Shown: positions 1-8,647 of the stretch, piece by piece
Numbering within the stretch: position 1 is the first letter of the stretch
How the letters are laid out: each line of letters begins with the position of its first letter
Assembly (NCBI RefSeq): GCF_001997385.1
Contig: NZ_CP019633.1
Span: forward strand, 660,001 to 692,000
Length of the DNA stretch: 32,000 nucleotides
Reading direction: 5' to 3'
Source: Sedimentisphaera cyanobacteriorum
GTDB lineage: Bacteria > Planctomycetota > Phycisphaerae > Sedimentisphaerales > Sedimentisphaeraceae
Program-made: the position numbers and the translations under genes
The notes under the pieces: generated by a model
Seen by the model: the letters and a program-made list of their open reading frames with translations, nothing else
Databases searched by the model: none
Told to the model about the DNA's origin: nothing

Positions 1-1
1 C

Positions 2-1714
2 GACGGGAAGCTCAATACGAAGATTGTAGGCCAGCCGGCTGCCAAAATTGCCGAGATGGGCGGGGTGAAGGTAAACGAGGATGCCAAGGTTCTCGTTGCA
101 GAGGCAGAAAAAATCGGCGACAGCGAACCTTTCAGCCGCGAGAAGCTCTCTCCAGTGCTCGGAATGTTTAAGGCAAAAGACTACGCCGAGGCTCTTGAAA
201 AGGCGGAGGCTATGGTTCAGTACGGTGGAATGGGGCATACCTCTGTGCTCTATACAGACCCTGCAAATCAAGACAGGATACAGCAGTTCGGCAGGCGCAT
301 GAAAACCGGCAGAACGCTTGTTAATATGCCTTCTTCTCAGGGTGCGATAGGCGATCTGTACAACTTCAAGCTCGAGCCTTCACTAACCCTCGGCTGCGGC
401 AGCTGGGGCGGAAACAGTGTCAGTGAAAATGTAGGTGTCAAGCATCTGTTGAACGTAAAAACTATTGCTGAGAGGAGAGAAAATATGCTCTGGTTTAAAG
501 TGCCGCCTCAGGTTTACTTCAAATATAACTGCCTTGAAACGGCCCTTGGCGAAATCTCAGACCATAAGCGGGCTGTCCTTGTTACAGATAAGCCGCTTGT
601 TGAGCTGGGGATTACCGATAAGGTTACAAGCGTGCTGGAAAAGCTGGGGATTGAATGCGAAATCTTTTACGATGTAAAGCCGGACCCAGATCTTTCTACT
701 GTACGCAGGGGGCTGGATGTATTCAACAGCTTCAAACCAGATACCGTAATCGCTCTTGGAGGCGGGTCTCCGATAGATGCTGCGAAGATTATGTGGATGA
801 TGTATGAGTATCCCGATATCCAGTTCAAAGACCTTGCAATGCGGTTTATGGATATACGCAAGAGGATTGTGAAATTCCCCGAGATGGGCAAGAAGGCAAC
901 TATGGTGGCAATTCCCACTACCAGCGGGACAGGCTCTGAGGTAACTCCGTTCTCAGTTATCACCGACGATACTGAGGGGATTAAGTATCCGATTGCCGAT
1001 TATGAGCTTACGCCGGATATGGCGATTGTAGATGCAGCCCTCGTGATGAGTATGCCAAAAGGCCTAACTGCTGCCTCTGGGATTGATGCGGTTACCCACG
1101 CAATCGAAGCGATCGCGGCGGTTACTGCTACAGACTATACTAACGGGCTCGCGATGGAGAGTCTGCGTATTCTGTTCAAGTATCTACCTATTGCGTACAA
1201 CGAAGGCAATACCAACGTAAAGGCTAGAGAAAAGGTTCACAACGCTGCAACTATGGCGGGTATGGCCTTTGCCAACGCATTCCTCGGCCTTTGCCACTCT
1301 ATGGCGCACAAGCTCGGGTCTGCGTTCCATATTCCGCACGGCGTTGCAAATGCGATCCTTATACCGCACGTGATCCGGTATAACGCAACCGATAAGCCTC
1401 TAAAACAGGCAGCATTCTCACAGTACACCCATCCGGTGGCTAAGATGAGATATGCTAAGATTGCAGATTATCTCTGCCTTGGCGGAAAGAGCGAAGACGA
1501 GAAGATCGAAAAGCTTATTGCTAAAATAAAAGAGCTCAGCAGGGCGGTTGACATCCCTGAAACAATCTCTGACTGCGGCGTGAGCGAGAAAGACTTCAAC
1601 AACCGCATACAGAAGCTCAGTGAATCTGCATTTGATGATCAGTGTACCGGAACGAATCCGAGATACCCGCTCATCAGCGAAATAGAAGAGCTTTATCGCT
1701 CTGCTTTCAAATAA
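2..1714 (+). CDS. adhE: Bifunctional acetaldehyde-CoA/alcohol dehydrogenase AdhE, C-terminal iron-type alcohol dehydrogenase half. The gene is 5'-truncated by the window edge.
   Basis: The frame is open from base 2 (DGKLNTKIVGQPAAKIAEMGGVKV...), so the listed ATG at 56 is internal. Fe-ADH motifs are present: GGGSPIDAAK, and the metal-binding HSMAHKLG...FHIPHG. The ORF ends at TAA 1712-1714 and a hairpin terminator follows. Confidence 0.9.
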   Translation, partial: DGKLNTKIVGQPAAKIAEMGGVKVNEDAKVLVAEAEKIGDSEPFSREKLSPVLGMFKAKDYAEALEKAEAMVQYGGMGHTSVLYTDPANQDRIQQFGRRMKTGRTLVNMPSSQGAIGDLYNFKLEPSLTLGCGSWGGNSVSENVGVKHLLNVKTIAERRENMLWFKVPPQVYFKYNCLETALGEISDHKRAVLVTDKPLVELGITDKVTSVLEKLGIECEIFYDVKPDPDLSTVRRGLDVFNSFKPDTVIALGGGSPIDAAKIMWMMYEYPDIQFKDLAMRFMDIRKRIVKFPEMGKKATMVAIPTTSGTGSEVTPFSVITDDTEGIKYPIADYELTPDMAIVDAALVMSMPKGLTAASGIDAVTHAIEAIAAVTATDYTNGLAMESLRILFKYLPIAYNEGNTNVKAREKVHNAATMAGMAFANAFLGLCHSMAHKLGSAFHIPHGVANAILIPHVIRYNATDKPLKQAAFSQYTHPVAKMRYAKIADYLCLGGKSEDEKIEKLIAKIKELSRAVDIPETISDCGVSEKDFNNRIQKLSESAFDDQCTGTNPRYPLISEIEELYRSAFK

Positions 1715-1763
1715 CAGCAGACTGATTCGTAAGATTCAGAGAAAATAGATTCTCCACCAAAAA

Positions 1764-1785
1764 AGCCCCGCTTATCGGCGGGGCT
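1764..1785. terminator. Bidirectional rho-independent terminator between convergent adhE and galE
   Basis: A perfect 8-bp stem pairs agccccgc (1764-1771) with gcggggct (1778-1785) around a 6-nt loop. It is flanked by an A-run upstream and tttgctt downstream, so it reads as a hairpin plus U-tract on both strands. Confidence 0.7.
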
Positions 1786-1817
1786 TTGCTTATGCGCTTT
1801 GAAAAGATTTACAGCTC

Positions 1818-2804
1818 TCAGCCGCTGTAGCCGCTGGGGCGGGCTGAGTGGAATTTCCAAGCTGTTTCTACAATATCCTCGAGATTTGTCCATTTCGGTT
1901 TCCAGCCGAGCTGTGTTTGAGCCTTTGTGGAATCTGCTGTGAGAACAGCAGGGTCTCCGGGCCGGCGGTCGGTTTCGGTTACCTTGAAATCTTTACCCGA
2001 TACCTTCTTCACGGTTCCAATAACCTCTCGCACTGTATATCCGTTTCCGTTGCCCAGATTGAAAATAATTTCGCTTTCGGTTGAGAGCTTTTCCAGAGCA
2101 AGAAGGTGCGCAGAGCAGAGGTCTTCAATATGTATATAATCACGAACGCAGGTTCCGTCTTTGGTATCGTAGTCTGTGCCGAAAATTTTAATGTCTTCTC
2201 TTTGCCCCAGTGCGGCCTGAATGATTAGCGGAATAAGATGAGATTCGGGCTTGTGGTCTTCTCCGAGCTGGCTGTCTCTTCCCGCTCCGCAGGCATTGAA
2301 GTATCGCAGAGCAGCGTAATTCAGCCGGCCTGTCTGGCTTTGGAAGTGGCACATTCTTTCAACTGCCCATTTGCTTTCGCCGTAAGGATTTATAGGCTCT
2401 TTCGGAAGGGTTTCAACAATCGGCACCTCATCAGGCATCCCGTATGTTGCCGCTGTTGAGCTGAATACGAATTTATTAACGCCCATAAAGTCCATTGCCC
2501 TGAGCAGATTGTGAGTGTTGCAGAAGTTGTTGTTGTAGTAGCCCAGAGGGTCTTTAACGCTCTCGCCAACCTCAATAAACGCTGCAAAGTGCATTACTGC
2601 TTCAATCTTTTTATCACGAATAACTCGAACGAGCTTGTCGTAGTCTGCCAGATCTCCATAGATAAACTCCGCTTCGGGTACAACCGCTTCAATATGCCCT
2701 TTGCTGAGATTATCGTAAACATAAGCCTTATGCCCGTTTTCAGCGAGCATTGCTGTCATATTACTGCCTATATAGCCGGCTCCGCCGCATACCAATACAT
2801 TCAT
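1818..2804 (-). CDS. galE: UDP-glucose 4-epimerase
   Basis: 328 aa with an ATG start. It has the N-terminal Rossmann motif MNVLVCGGAGYIGS, the SDR catalytic YGESK (PYGESKWAVE), and full-length collinearity with GalE as I remember it. Confidence 0.9.
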   Translation of the reverse strand: MNVLVCGGAGYIGSNMTAMLAENGHKAYVYDNLSKGHIEAVVPEAEFIYGDLADYDKLVRVIRDKKIEAVMHFAAFIEVGESVKDPLGYYNNNFCNTHNLLRAMDFMGVNKFVFSSTAATYGMPDEVPIVETLPKEPINPYGESKWAVERMCHFQSQTGRLNYAALRYFNACGAGRDSQLGEDHKPESHLIPLIIQAALGQREDIKIFGTDYDTKDGTCVRDYIHIEDLCSAHLLALEKLSTESEIIFNLGNGNGYTVREVIGTVKKVSGKDFKVTETDRRPGDPAVLTADSTKAQTQLGWKPKWTNLEDIVETAWKFHSARPSGYSG

Positions 2805-2827
2805 AAATCTATCCGTTCTCTAAAAGG

Positions 2828-3400
2828 TTAAAAACAATTTAAAATGCGTTTCTCGAGGGCCTTATCCCTGCCTACAATGCTCCATTCAACGCCTTCTTCC
2901 GGCAGCTCAAGGCCTGCAAGCATCCCGCTTCGCTGCGTGAATACATCATTTATATCTGAGATTAGGCCTTCGTAGTCCTTTTCTATTCTTAGCTGTTTAA
3001 CGAGTACATTGCCTTGGACACTTCCCTCTGCAAACTCAAATTCACCTATACGAACAATGCTTTGAATGCTGCTGTAGGCTGCTGAATGGAGGGTCTGATT
3101 GTCTTTTCGCCAAATCTCGAAAAACTGTCCGCCCCGAAGGGGGGCTGTGAGAAGGTAGCCTTTTTCAGTGTCGAACTTGTCTATCTTAAAGCCCGTTTCT
3201 TCGAGCTCTTCCCTTATTGTGTTCATAACTTCTTCTCTGGGAGAGTCGTATTTCGCTGCCGCCTCGTTCATTTCCGCTGGCTCTTCGAATTTTATACCCT
3301 GCGAGCAGCCTGAAGCTGCAAATATAATGATTGTAATCAAGGCAACAGTACAGGCTTTCAGGAAAGCTTTTACTCTTCGTTTGAGGCTTTTTGAATTCAT
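2828..3400 (-). CDS. Putative lipoprotein, function unknown
   Basis: 190 aa with an ATG start. It has a basic N-region, a hydrophobic core and a lipobox-like FAASGC. It lies 23 nt upstream of galE and 10 nt downstream of the UDP-sugar pyrophosphorylase gene, which implies one operon. I recognise no motif. Confidence 0.55.
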   Translation of the reverse strand: MNSKSLKRRVKAFLKACTVALITIIIFAASGCSQGIKFEEPAEMNEAAAKYDSPREEVMNTIREELEETGFKIDKFDTEKGYLLTAPLRGGQFFEIWRKDNQTLHSAAYSSIQSIVRIGEFEFAEGSVQGNVLVKQLRIEKDYEGLISDINDVFTQRSGMLAGLELPEEGVEWSIVGRDKALEKRILNCF

Positions 3401-3410
3401 AAAAAATCCA

Positions 3411-4835
3411 TTACTCTAAATAGTAAGTTTTGCCCGCTTCAAATTTGGGCAGTTCGCTCTTCTTCTCTATTATATCATTGATGCAGGCTGCGAAAAGAGG
3501 GCTCATCTCAATAACGCAGTCTGCTTTGCCTTCGGAATTGCGGGGAATATCAACGCCTGCAGCCTCAAGCCATTTGGCCGCTCGTTCGGTCATCATTTCT
3601 CGGGTTACCGCAGGGCTGTCAACGCCTTCCTTATTCTTAACGGGAGCAAACTCTTCCTCTCTGAGCGTTTCGAGTATCACTGATTCTCCAGCCATAGGAA
3701 GCGCATCAAATACGAACGTCTCGAGTTTGATTCCGTTTTTCTCCTCGGGTTTAATCTTCTCGCCCGCTTCGTTTACATGAGGAATCTTTTTTACTGCCTT
3801 ATGGAAGGGCAGTGCAAAGCCTTCTGAGTTTATATCTTCGATGAAGCTTCTGCTTATGATGTGAATTGCTATAGACCCGAGCTGGAAAACAGGGCTTCCG
3901 TCGGGATTCTTCTTCTCTGCCTCTTCATCAGGCAGGTCGCTGTATTCAATTACATTCACTCTGCCGTTTACAAGGCAGAAATTGCCAACCTTTTCCTTCG
4001 GATACCCCTTAATCAGAGTCTTTGAAGACATCTCTGCGTCTGCCTTGGCATGCAGACCGATAAATAGAGGGTCTATAATCTGGATAAGGGGATTGTCCAC
4101 CTGAAAATAGCTCAGATGTTCGATTCCGCGCCTGTTCATATCTGCCACGGCTCCGCTAGCATAGAGGGCCTTAAGGCTTCCCCCGTGGCCGTCGGGGCTC
4201 TTGGCGATTTCATCTTTTTCTGCAAGGAAAATCTTCCCGTCAAACTGAAAGTTAGGCATTGTTCCCTGCTCGAACATAAACACATCGTTTTTGTCTAAGC
4301 CGAAGTAGTTGTTGTCTTCAAATGCCTGAACAGTTGCGTTGTGATTTAGAGGGCTTGTCATTATATACCACGGTATCTTTGCCCCGTATTTCCTGCTTGC
4401 AAAGATAATTGTTTCTGCAAATATCTGAAAAAGAGTTTTGTTTTTTACCGGACTAACAGGATAGCAGCCTTTCGGACCGCCGAAGCCGAGCCTCGTTCCC
4501 TGTCCGCCTGCCACTACAAAAGCCCCGACCTTCCCTTCACGAATCAAATCCTCGCCAGCCGCTTTGGCATCCGCGTAAGTTTCTTCTTGGCCTTTTGGGG
4601 GCTCTGCCTTGAAATAAGGAGCGGGATCGAATTTGCTGGGAATCTCTACCGAATATTCCTGCTTTACGTATTTCTCAACCCAGCTCGGTATATTTTCAAA
4701 CTCAAGCTGTTCAATATCTCTAAGCAGCTTTTCCTTTTTGGTTTCTTCCAGTTCCTCCCAGAACCGAAGAAGATGCTCCTGGCCAATCTGGTTAAGTTGG
4801 TTTTTTAGTTTTTCGTACCTCTCTGTTATGCTCAT
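3411..4835 (-). CDS. Eukaryote-type UDP-N-acetylhexosamine / UDP-sugar pyrophosphorylase (UAP1/Qri1-like, UDPGP family)
   Basis: 474 aa, ATG start, with GAGG 9 nt upstream. The nucleotide-binding loop VVAGGQGTRLGFGGPKGCYPV matches the UAP1-type AGGQGTRLG...PKG signature rather than GlmU or GalU. Confidence 0.75.
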   Translation of the reverse strand: MSITERYEKLKNQLNQIGQEHLLRFWEELEETKKEKLLRDIEQLEFENIPSWVEKYVKQEYSVEIPSKFDPAPYFKAEPPKGQEETYADAKAAGEDLIREGKVGAFVVAGGQGTRLGFGGPKGCYPVSPVKNKTLFQIFAETIIFASRKYGAKIPWYIMTSPLNHNATVQAFEDNNYFGLDKNDVFMFEQGTMPNFQFDGKIFLAEKDEIAKSPDGHGGSLKALYASGAVADMNRRGIEHLSYFQVDNPLIQIIDPLFIGLHAKADAEMSSKTLIKGYPKEKVGNFCLVNGRVNVIEYSDLPDEEAEKKNPDGSPVFQLGSIAIHIISRSFIEDINSEGFALPFHKAVKKIPHVNEAGEKIKPEEKNGIKLETFVFDALPMAGESVILETLREEEFAPVKNKEGVDSPAVTREMMTERAAKWLEAAGVDIPRNSEGKADCVIEMSPLFAACINDIIEKKSELPKFEAGKTYYLE

Positions 4836-5080
4836 CGATTAAACCTCATAATTGTTATAGCTAAAGTTTGCCGGCTCCAAATCGTGGGTTATTATATAAA
4901 AATAAACACCCAAAAAAAGCCAAAAATTGACTCTCGCTTTGAGGTTTCAATGAGGGCATAAAAACTATATTTAAACGTTTTTTTGTTTACACACTCAATA
5001 AATTCCTGCCTTTGTTCTTTTATTTTTATCATCTTCGAATAAAATAGCTGCCTAATTGAAAATGTAGTCAGGGCTTCAAA

Positions 5081-6190
5081 ATGATTGATACAGATACAAC
5101 CAAAATAAATCTTAAGAATGTAATCTACCCAGCAGCTGCGCTTTTGATTTTGGCAGTTGCCGGAATTTTTGTATATAACAGGGCTGTTTCCGATCCTTTC
5201 GCTGTTTCATACAATTTTGCAGAAAGCAAGGTTGTAGGCGCTTTTATAGCAATGTTTTTTATAGTTTTCTTTAGTGAGCTAAAGGTTGTCAATAAGCTCC
5301 GAATGATCCTTGTGTGTATTACGGGGATGGTGGCGATTGGAATGCTTCTCTGGCCTGTTGCCGCCGGTAGCAGTAAGTTTGATGCGATCTGTTTCATTGG
5401 AGGAACGCTAACCTTCCAGAATTCAATCCTGCTTATAGCGGCCTCTTTCCTTGCGGGGATGGCGGGCTGCGCTTTAGGCTGGGCTTCAAGCCCGATGTAT
5501 GGGAGTCTCGCAGCATTAACCGGCTTTGGCCTCTGGGGGCTGAGAACTGGTCAGCTCAGCAGTCTTCTGATGTACAGCAGCACTGCTCAGCAGCAGGCAC
5601 AGGTATATACCTCTTTCCGCTGGGAGATTTTCTTCTGGCTTGCCGTTGTGATTGCCGCCCATTACGGCAGCTTCTTAACTGCAAAGCTTTTCGGTTCACA
5701 AAGACTGCACACACCGCAGCCTGAAGTAATGTTCAACTGGACAGAAAAGGCTTTCATTGTGCCTCTTGCTGTATGTTCGATAGCAGGTTATATTATCTCA
5801 AGATATCTTGTCTTGGGAATTATGCTGCCTGTAGAAAATTTCGGGATTGTACATCACCAGCCTCTGCCTCAGCAGATAGCTTTCGGCCTGATTGCCGGCT
5901 TCGGAATAGCAGCATTTCTTGTGAGAAAACATTTCAAATCTTCAGTAGAAATTTTATATCTTTCGGTAGCGGTAGCCGCATTTTTCACTTATGTTCTGCT
6001 TGCCAAAGATTCTACTCTGGAAACTGTAAACAAGTTTCTGCCTCCGAGCTACTTCAGTTCTCCGATGACTGCCGTGCTTCCAATGCAGTTTATAATTTAC
6101 GGGTGTCTCGGTGTTTGGGGCGGCTGGTTCACTAGTATCTGCATGGACAAGAAAAACGAAGAAAATCAAACCGAACAAAATCAGGTTTAA
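5081..6190 (+). CDS. Polytopic inner-membrane protein, function unknown
   Basis: 369 aa, ATG start, with roughly 10 hydrophobic helices by eye and a polar C-terminal tail (KKNEENQTEQNQV). I recognise no catalytic motif. Confidence 0.55.
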   Translation: MIDTDTTKINLKNVIYPAAALLILAVAGIFVYNRAVSDPFAVSYNFAESKVVGAFIAMFFIVFFSELKVVNKLRMILVCITGMVAIGMLLWPVAAGSSKFDAICFIGGTLTFQNSILLIAASFLAGMAGCALGWASSPMYGSLAALTGFGLWGLRTGQLSSLLMYSSTAQQQAQVYTSFRWEIFFWLAVVIAAHYGSFLTAKLFGSQRLHTPQPEVMFNWTEKAFIVPLAVCSIAGYIISRYLVLGIMLPVENFGIVHHQPLPQQIAFGLIAGFGIAAFLVRKHFKSSVEILYLSVAVAAFFTYVLLAKDSTLETVNKFLPPSYFSSPMTAVLPMQFIIYGCLGVWGGWFTSICMDKKNEENQTEQNQV

Positions 6191-6200
6191 GGCTCTCTTG

Positions 6201-7148
6201 TCATAGATTCGAGAATTCCTTGAGCATAGTTGAAGCTGTCTGAAGGAAATAAATCAGCATACCAAGTTTGTATTCGCTTAGCTCATCAATCACGAGCCTT
6301 ATATCACTTTGCTCTGTTTCGCCGATACCAAAGGAAAAGGTAAGCGGATTTCCTGCATTTCTGGTTAAATTATTGCCCATCAAGGCCTTGCACATTTCAC
6401 AGATTCCATGAAGGCTGTTTTCACTGTACCCAAATTTCAGCCCGTTTTTCTCTGGTCTGCTGTGATAAATTACTGATGCAAAAATTGCTGCCGGGTTTTT
6501 TTGCGGGGCTTCTCTGCCGAGGAAGCTGTCTATCTTTCTTGCGCCTGAAAGGAGCTGCCCTATATCAAGCTGCATAAATTCCCCGGCAAGAAGTCCTGGA
6601 AGCCCGAGAGGGCTGAAGATTCTCATCTTTTTTAAAACGATCTTTTTGCTCTCGAGGTTTTTAATGTCATCTGAAATGCTTTCTGAGAATACAAAAATTT
6701 GCGAATCAAGGTTGGAAATTTTTTCGAGCAGGGCAGGGGCGCTATCGCTGGCGGCGGCCGGGATGAATATAATGCCGGACTGCGGGTTTTCAGCTGTAAA
6801 TTTTCCTGCTTGCTCGGCAGTCTGCTCAAGGCTTTTGGCCTTGAGGCTGATCGAGTGGAATTTGCTGTAGGCAGATAAGGCTTTTATCTGCCCAATCTCT
6901 TTTGAGTCTGCAATGATAAGCAGTTTTTTCCCTCTTACCTTATATTCCTCAGAGATTTTTTCTATCCAGTCAAAGTTGTCCTGATTGTAAGGAAAATCAC
7001 GCAGAGGCGATTTGTCCTCGTTGCGGTTTTTGTTGCAGTTGTAAATTACATCCTTTGCCGATTGCAGGATTTGAATGTTTCTGGCCGCAGAAAATGATTT
7101 TACATTTATCGAAGAGCTGTATCCTGTACCTGAAAATATTATCTCCAA
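6201..7148 (-). CDS. Short, divergent glucose-6-phosphate isomerase-like (SIS-fold) protein with degenerate active-site motifs
   Basis: Segments are collinear with Bacillus-type PGI as recalled from memory. NPQSGIIFIPAAASDS...IFVFSESISDD aligns to NPQVIFIGNNISSS...INVISKSGTTTE. FSPLGLPGLLAGEF aligns to YSVLTAVGLLPIAVSG. LSEYKLGMLIYFLQTAS aligns to LNAYTFGYLVYFFEKAC. I chose the TTG at 7148, which has AAGGA 8 nt upstream and sits just after the mnmE stop. The track's TTG at 7175 lacks an SD and overlaps mnmE. Confidence 0.5.
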   Translation of the reverse strand: MEIIFSGTGYSSSINVKSFSAARNIQILQSAKDVIYNCNKNRNEDKSPLRDFPYNQDNFDWIEKISEEYKVRGKKLLIIADSKEIGQIKALSAYSKFHSISLKAKSLEQTAEQAGKFTAENPQSGIIFIPAAASDSAPALLEKISNLDSQIFVFSESISDDIKNLESKKIVLKKMRIFSPLGLPGLLAGEFMQLDIGQLLSGARKIDSFLGREAPQKNPAAIFASVIYHSRPEKNGLKFGYSENSLHGICEMCKALMGNNLTRNAGNPLTFSFGIGETEQSDIRLVIDELSEYKLGMLIYFLQTASTMLKEFSNL

Positions 7149-7159
7149 TTGAAGCGTCC

Positions 7160-8527
7160 TTACTTGCCAATACAAAAATTCTGAAAAATACTCGACAAAA
7201 CTCTCTCGTCAAGCTCCTTCTGCTGGTCAATATCTGCTATCTTGCTGTAGCCTTCTCGCAGACAAAGAGCTGCCAGCTCCTCATCGCCTTGAGCAAAAAG
7301 CTCGGCAGCCTTGTCTAAATCTTCAAGGCATTGAAAAACTGAATCCCTGTGCCGTTTGTTTACTGCGGTGATCTGCTCGCCTGCAGGGCTAAGTTCGCTT
7401 AGTCGGCTTTGGATTTCAGTTTTCAAAATCTGCAATTTTTCAGGCTGCTTAATGCTGAATTCCACAAATCTAATTCCGAAAATTTCCTCCATCTGCCTTT
7501 TGCTGCCTGCCAAATCGCATTTTGTCGCAACGCCGAGGATATTTTTTTGCCTTATTCTATCAAACACCCTTTTCTCATCTTCATAGCATGCCTTGCCCGA
7601 TTCAACGCAAAAGAGGATTAAATCTGAAGACAGTATATATTCGCCTGCAAGCTCCTGAGCGGCCTGATCAATTTCATCAGCGAACGAACCGGCCATCATG
7701 CCCGCACAGTCGCTCAAAATGCAGTCCTGATATTCAAGCTGGCATACAGAACTCAAAATATCTCTCGTTGTGGCCTTCTGCTCTGAAACAATAGCCCTGT
7801 CGCAGCCGAGAAGAGCATTAACAAGCGAGCTCTTTCCCGCATTAGGCAGTCCCGCAGCTGCAGCAGAAGCAAGCCCAAGCATCCTTTCGTATGCGAGGTT
7901 GTTTTCGATGATTTCTCTGAGAGTTTTCTTGATCTGTTCGGCTCTTTCTTTTGCCTCTTCGGGCTGAATAAACACGATATCTTCACCGGAAAAATCAAGT
8001 CCCGCCTCAAATAAGCCGAGAAGCTCAACAATAGAATTTTTTATTTGTTCAAGGCGGATTGTCAAATCGCCTTTCATAAGTTTCTGGGCAGCCTGAATAT
8101 GATACCTGCTGCTCCCCGATACAATCTGAGAAACCGCCTCTGATTGTGCGAGGCTGAGCCTTCCGTTCATAAATGCCCTGTATGTAAATTCGCCTGGGCC
8201 GGCAAGCCTTATCCCTTCGACCGCCGTTAGAACGCTGATTATTTCTTCCGCCGCAGGCAGGGGGGCTTGTACGTGGATTTCGATGAGCCTTTCCAGAGTA
8301 TATGAGCGCCCTTCAGGGAATGAATATACAAATGACGAAAATCTCAGCTTCCTATCATTGAAGCTCAAAAAGATATCACGTTTCTCAACACCCTGCTCGG
8401 CAGTTTTTTTTATGCCGAGTTCGGCAATGCCCGTTCTGCATTCAGAGCCGGAGAGCCTGATTATATGTCTTGGCGCATCAACACCGCCGCTGCTTAATGC
8501 GCATATCGTATCTCTCATATCATACAT
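7160..8527 (-). CDS. mnmE: tRNA modification GTPase MnmE (TrmE)
   Basis: The hallmark C-terminal CIGK is present. G-domain motifs are GLPNAGKSSL (G1), ATTRD (G2), DCAG (G3, DxxG) and TKCD (G4). The N-terminus reads DTICALSS...IIRLSG. The track's start at 8548 is TTG. I prefer the ATG at 8527, with AGGA upstream; the ATG at 8518 is also possible. Confidence 0.85.
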   Translation of the reverse strand: MYDMRDTICALSSGGVDAPRHIIRLSGSECRTGIAELGIKKTAEQGVEKRDIFLSFNDRKLRFSSFVYSFPEGRSYTLERLIEIHVQAPLPAAEEIISVLTAVEGIRLAGPGEFTYRAFMNGRLSLAQSEAVSQIVSGSSRYHIQAAQKLMKGDLTIRLEQIKNSIVELLGLFEAGLDFSGEDIVFIQPEEAKERAEQIKKTLREIIENNLAYERMLGLASAAAAGLPNAGKSSLVNALLGCDRAIVSEQKATTRDILSSVCQLEYQDCILSDCAGMMAGSFADEIDQAAQELAGEYILSSDLILFCVESGKACYEDEKRVFDRIRQKNILGVATKCDLAGSKRQMEEIFGIRFVEFSIKQPEKLQILKTEIQSRLSELSPAGEQITAVNKRHRDSVFQCLEDLDKAAELFAQGDEELAALCLREGYSKIADIDQQKELDERVLSSIFQNFCIGK

Positions 8528-8595
8528 TACTGCTGTATCCTGAAGCAAAAGTTAGCAAGACTGCATATATTTTATCTAACTCTGCTCAAATTAAA

Positions 8596-8627
8596 ACGGG
8601 GAAAGCCTTATTTCAGACTTTCCCCGT
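8596..8627 (-). terminator. Rho-independent terminator downstream of tig
   Basis: A perfect 10-bp stem pairs acggggaaag (8596-8605) with ctttccccgt (8618-8627) around a 12-nt loop. On the minus strand it is followed by tttaattt. It starts 21 nt after the tig stop. Confidence 0.75.
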
Positions 8628-8647
8628 AAAATTGCGTGTGTTACAGC

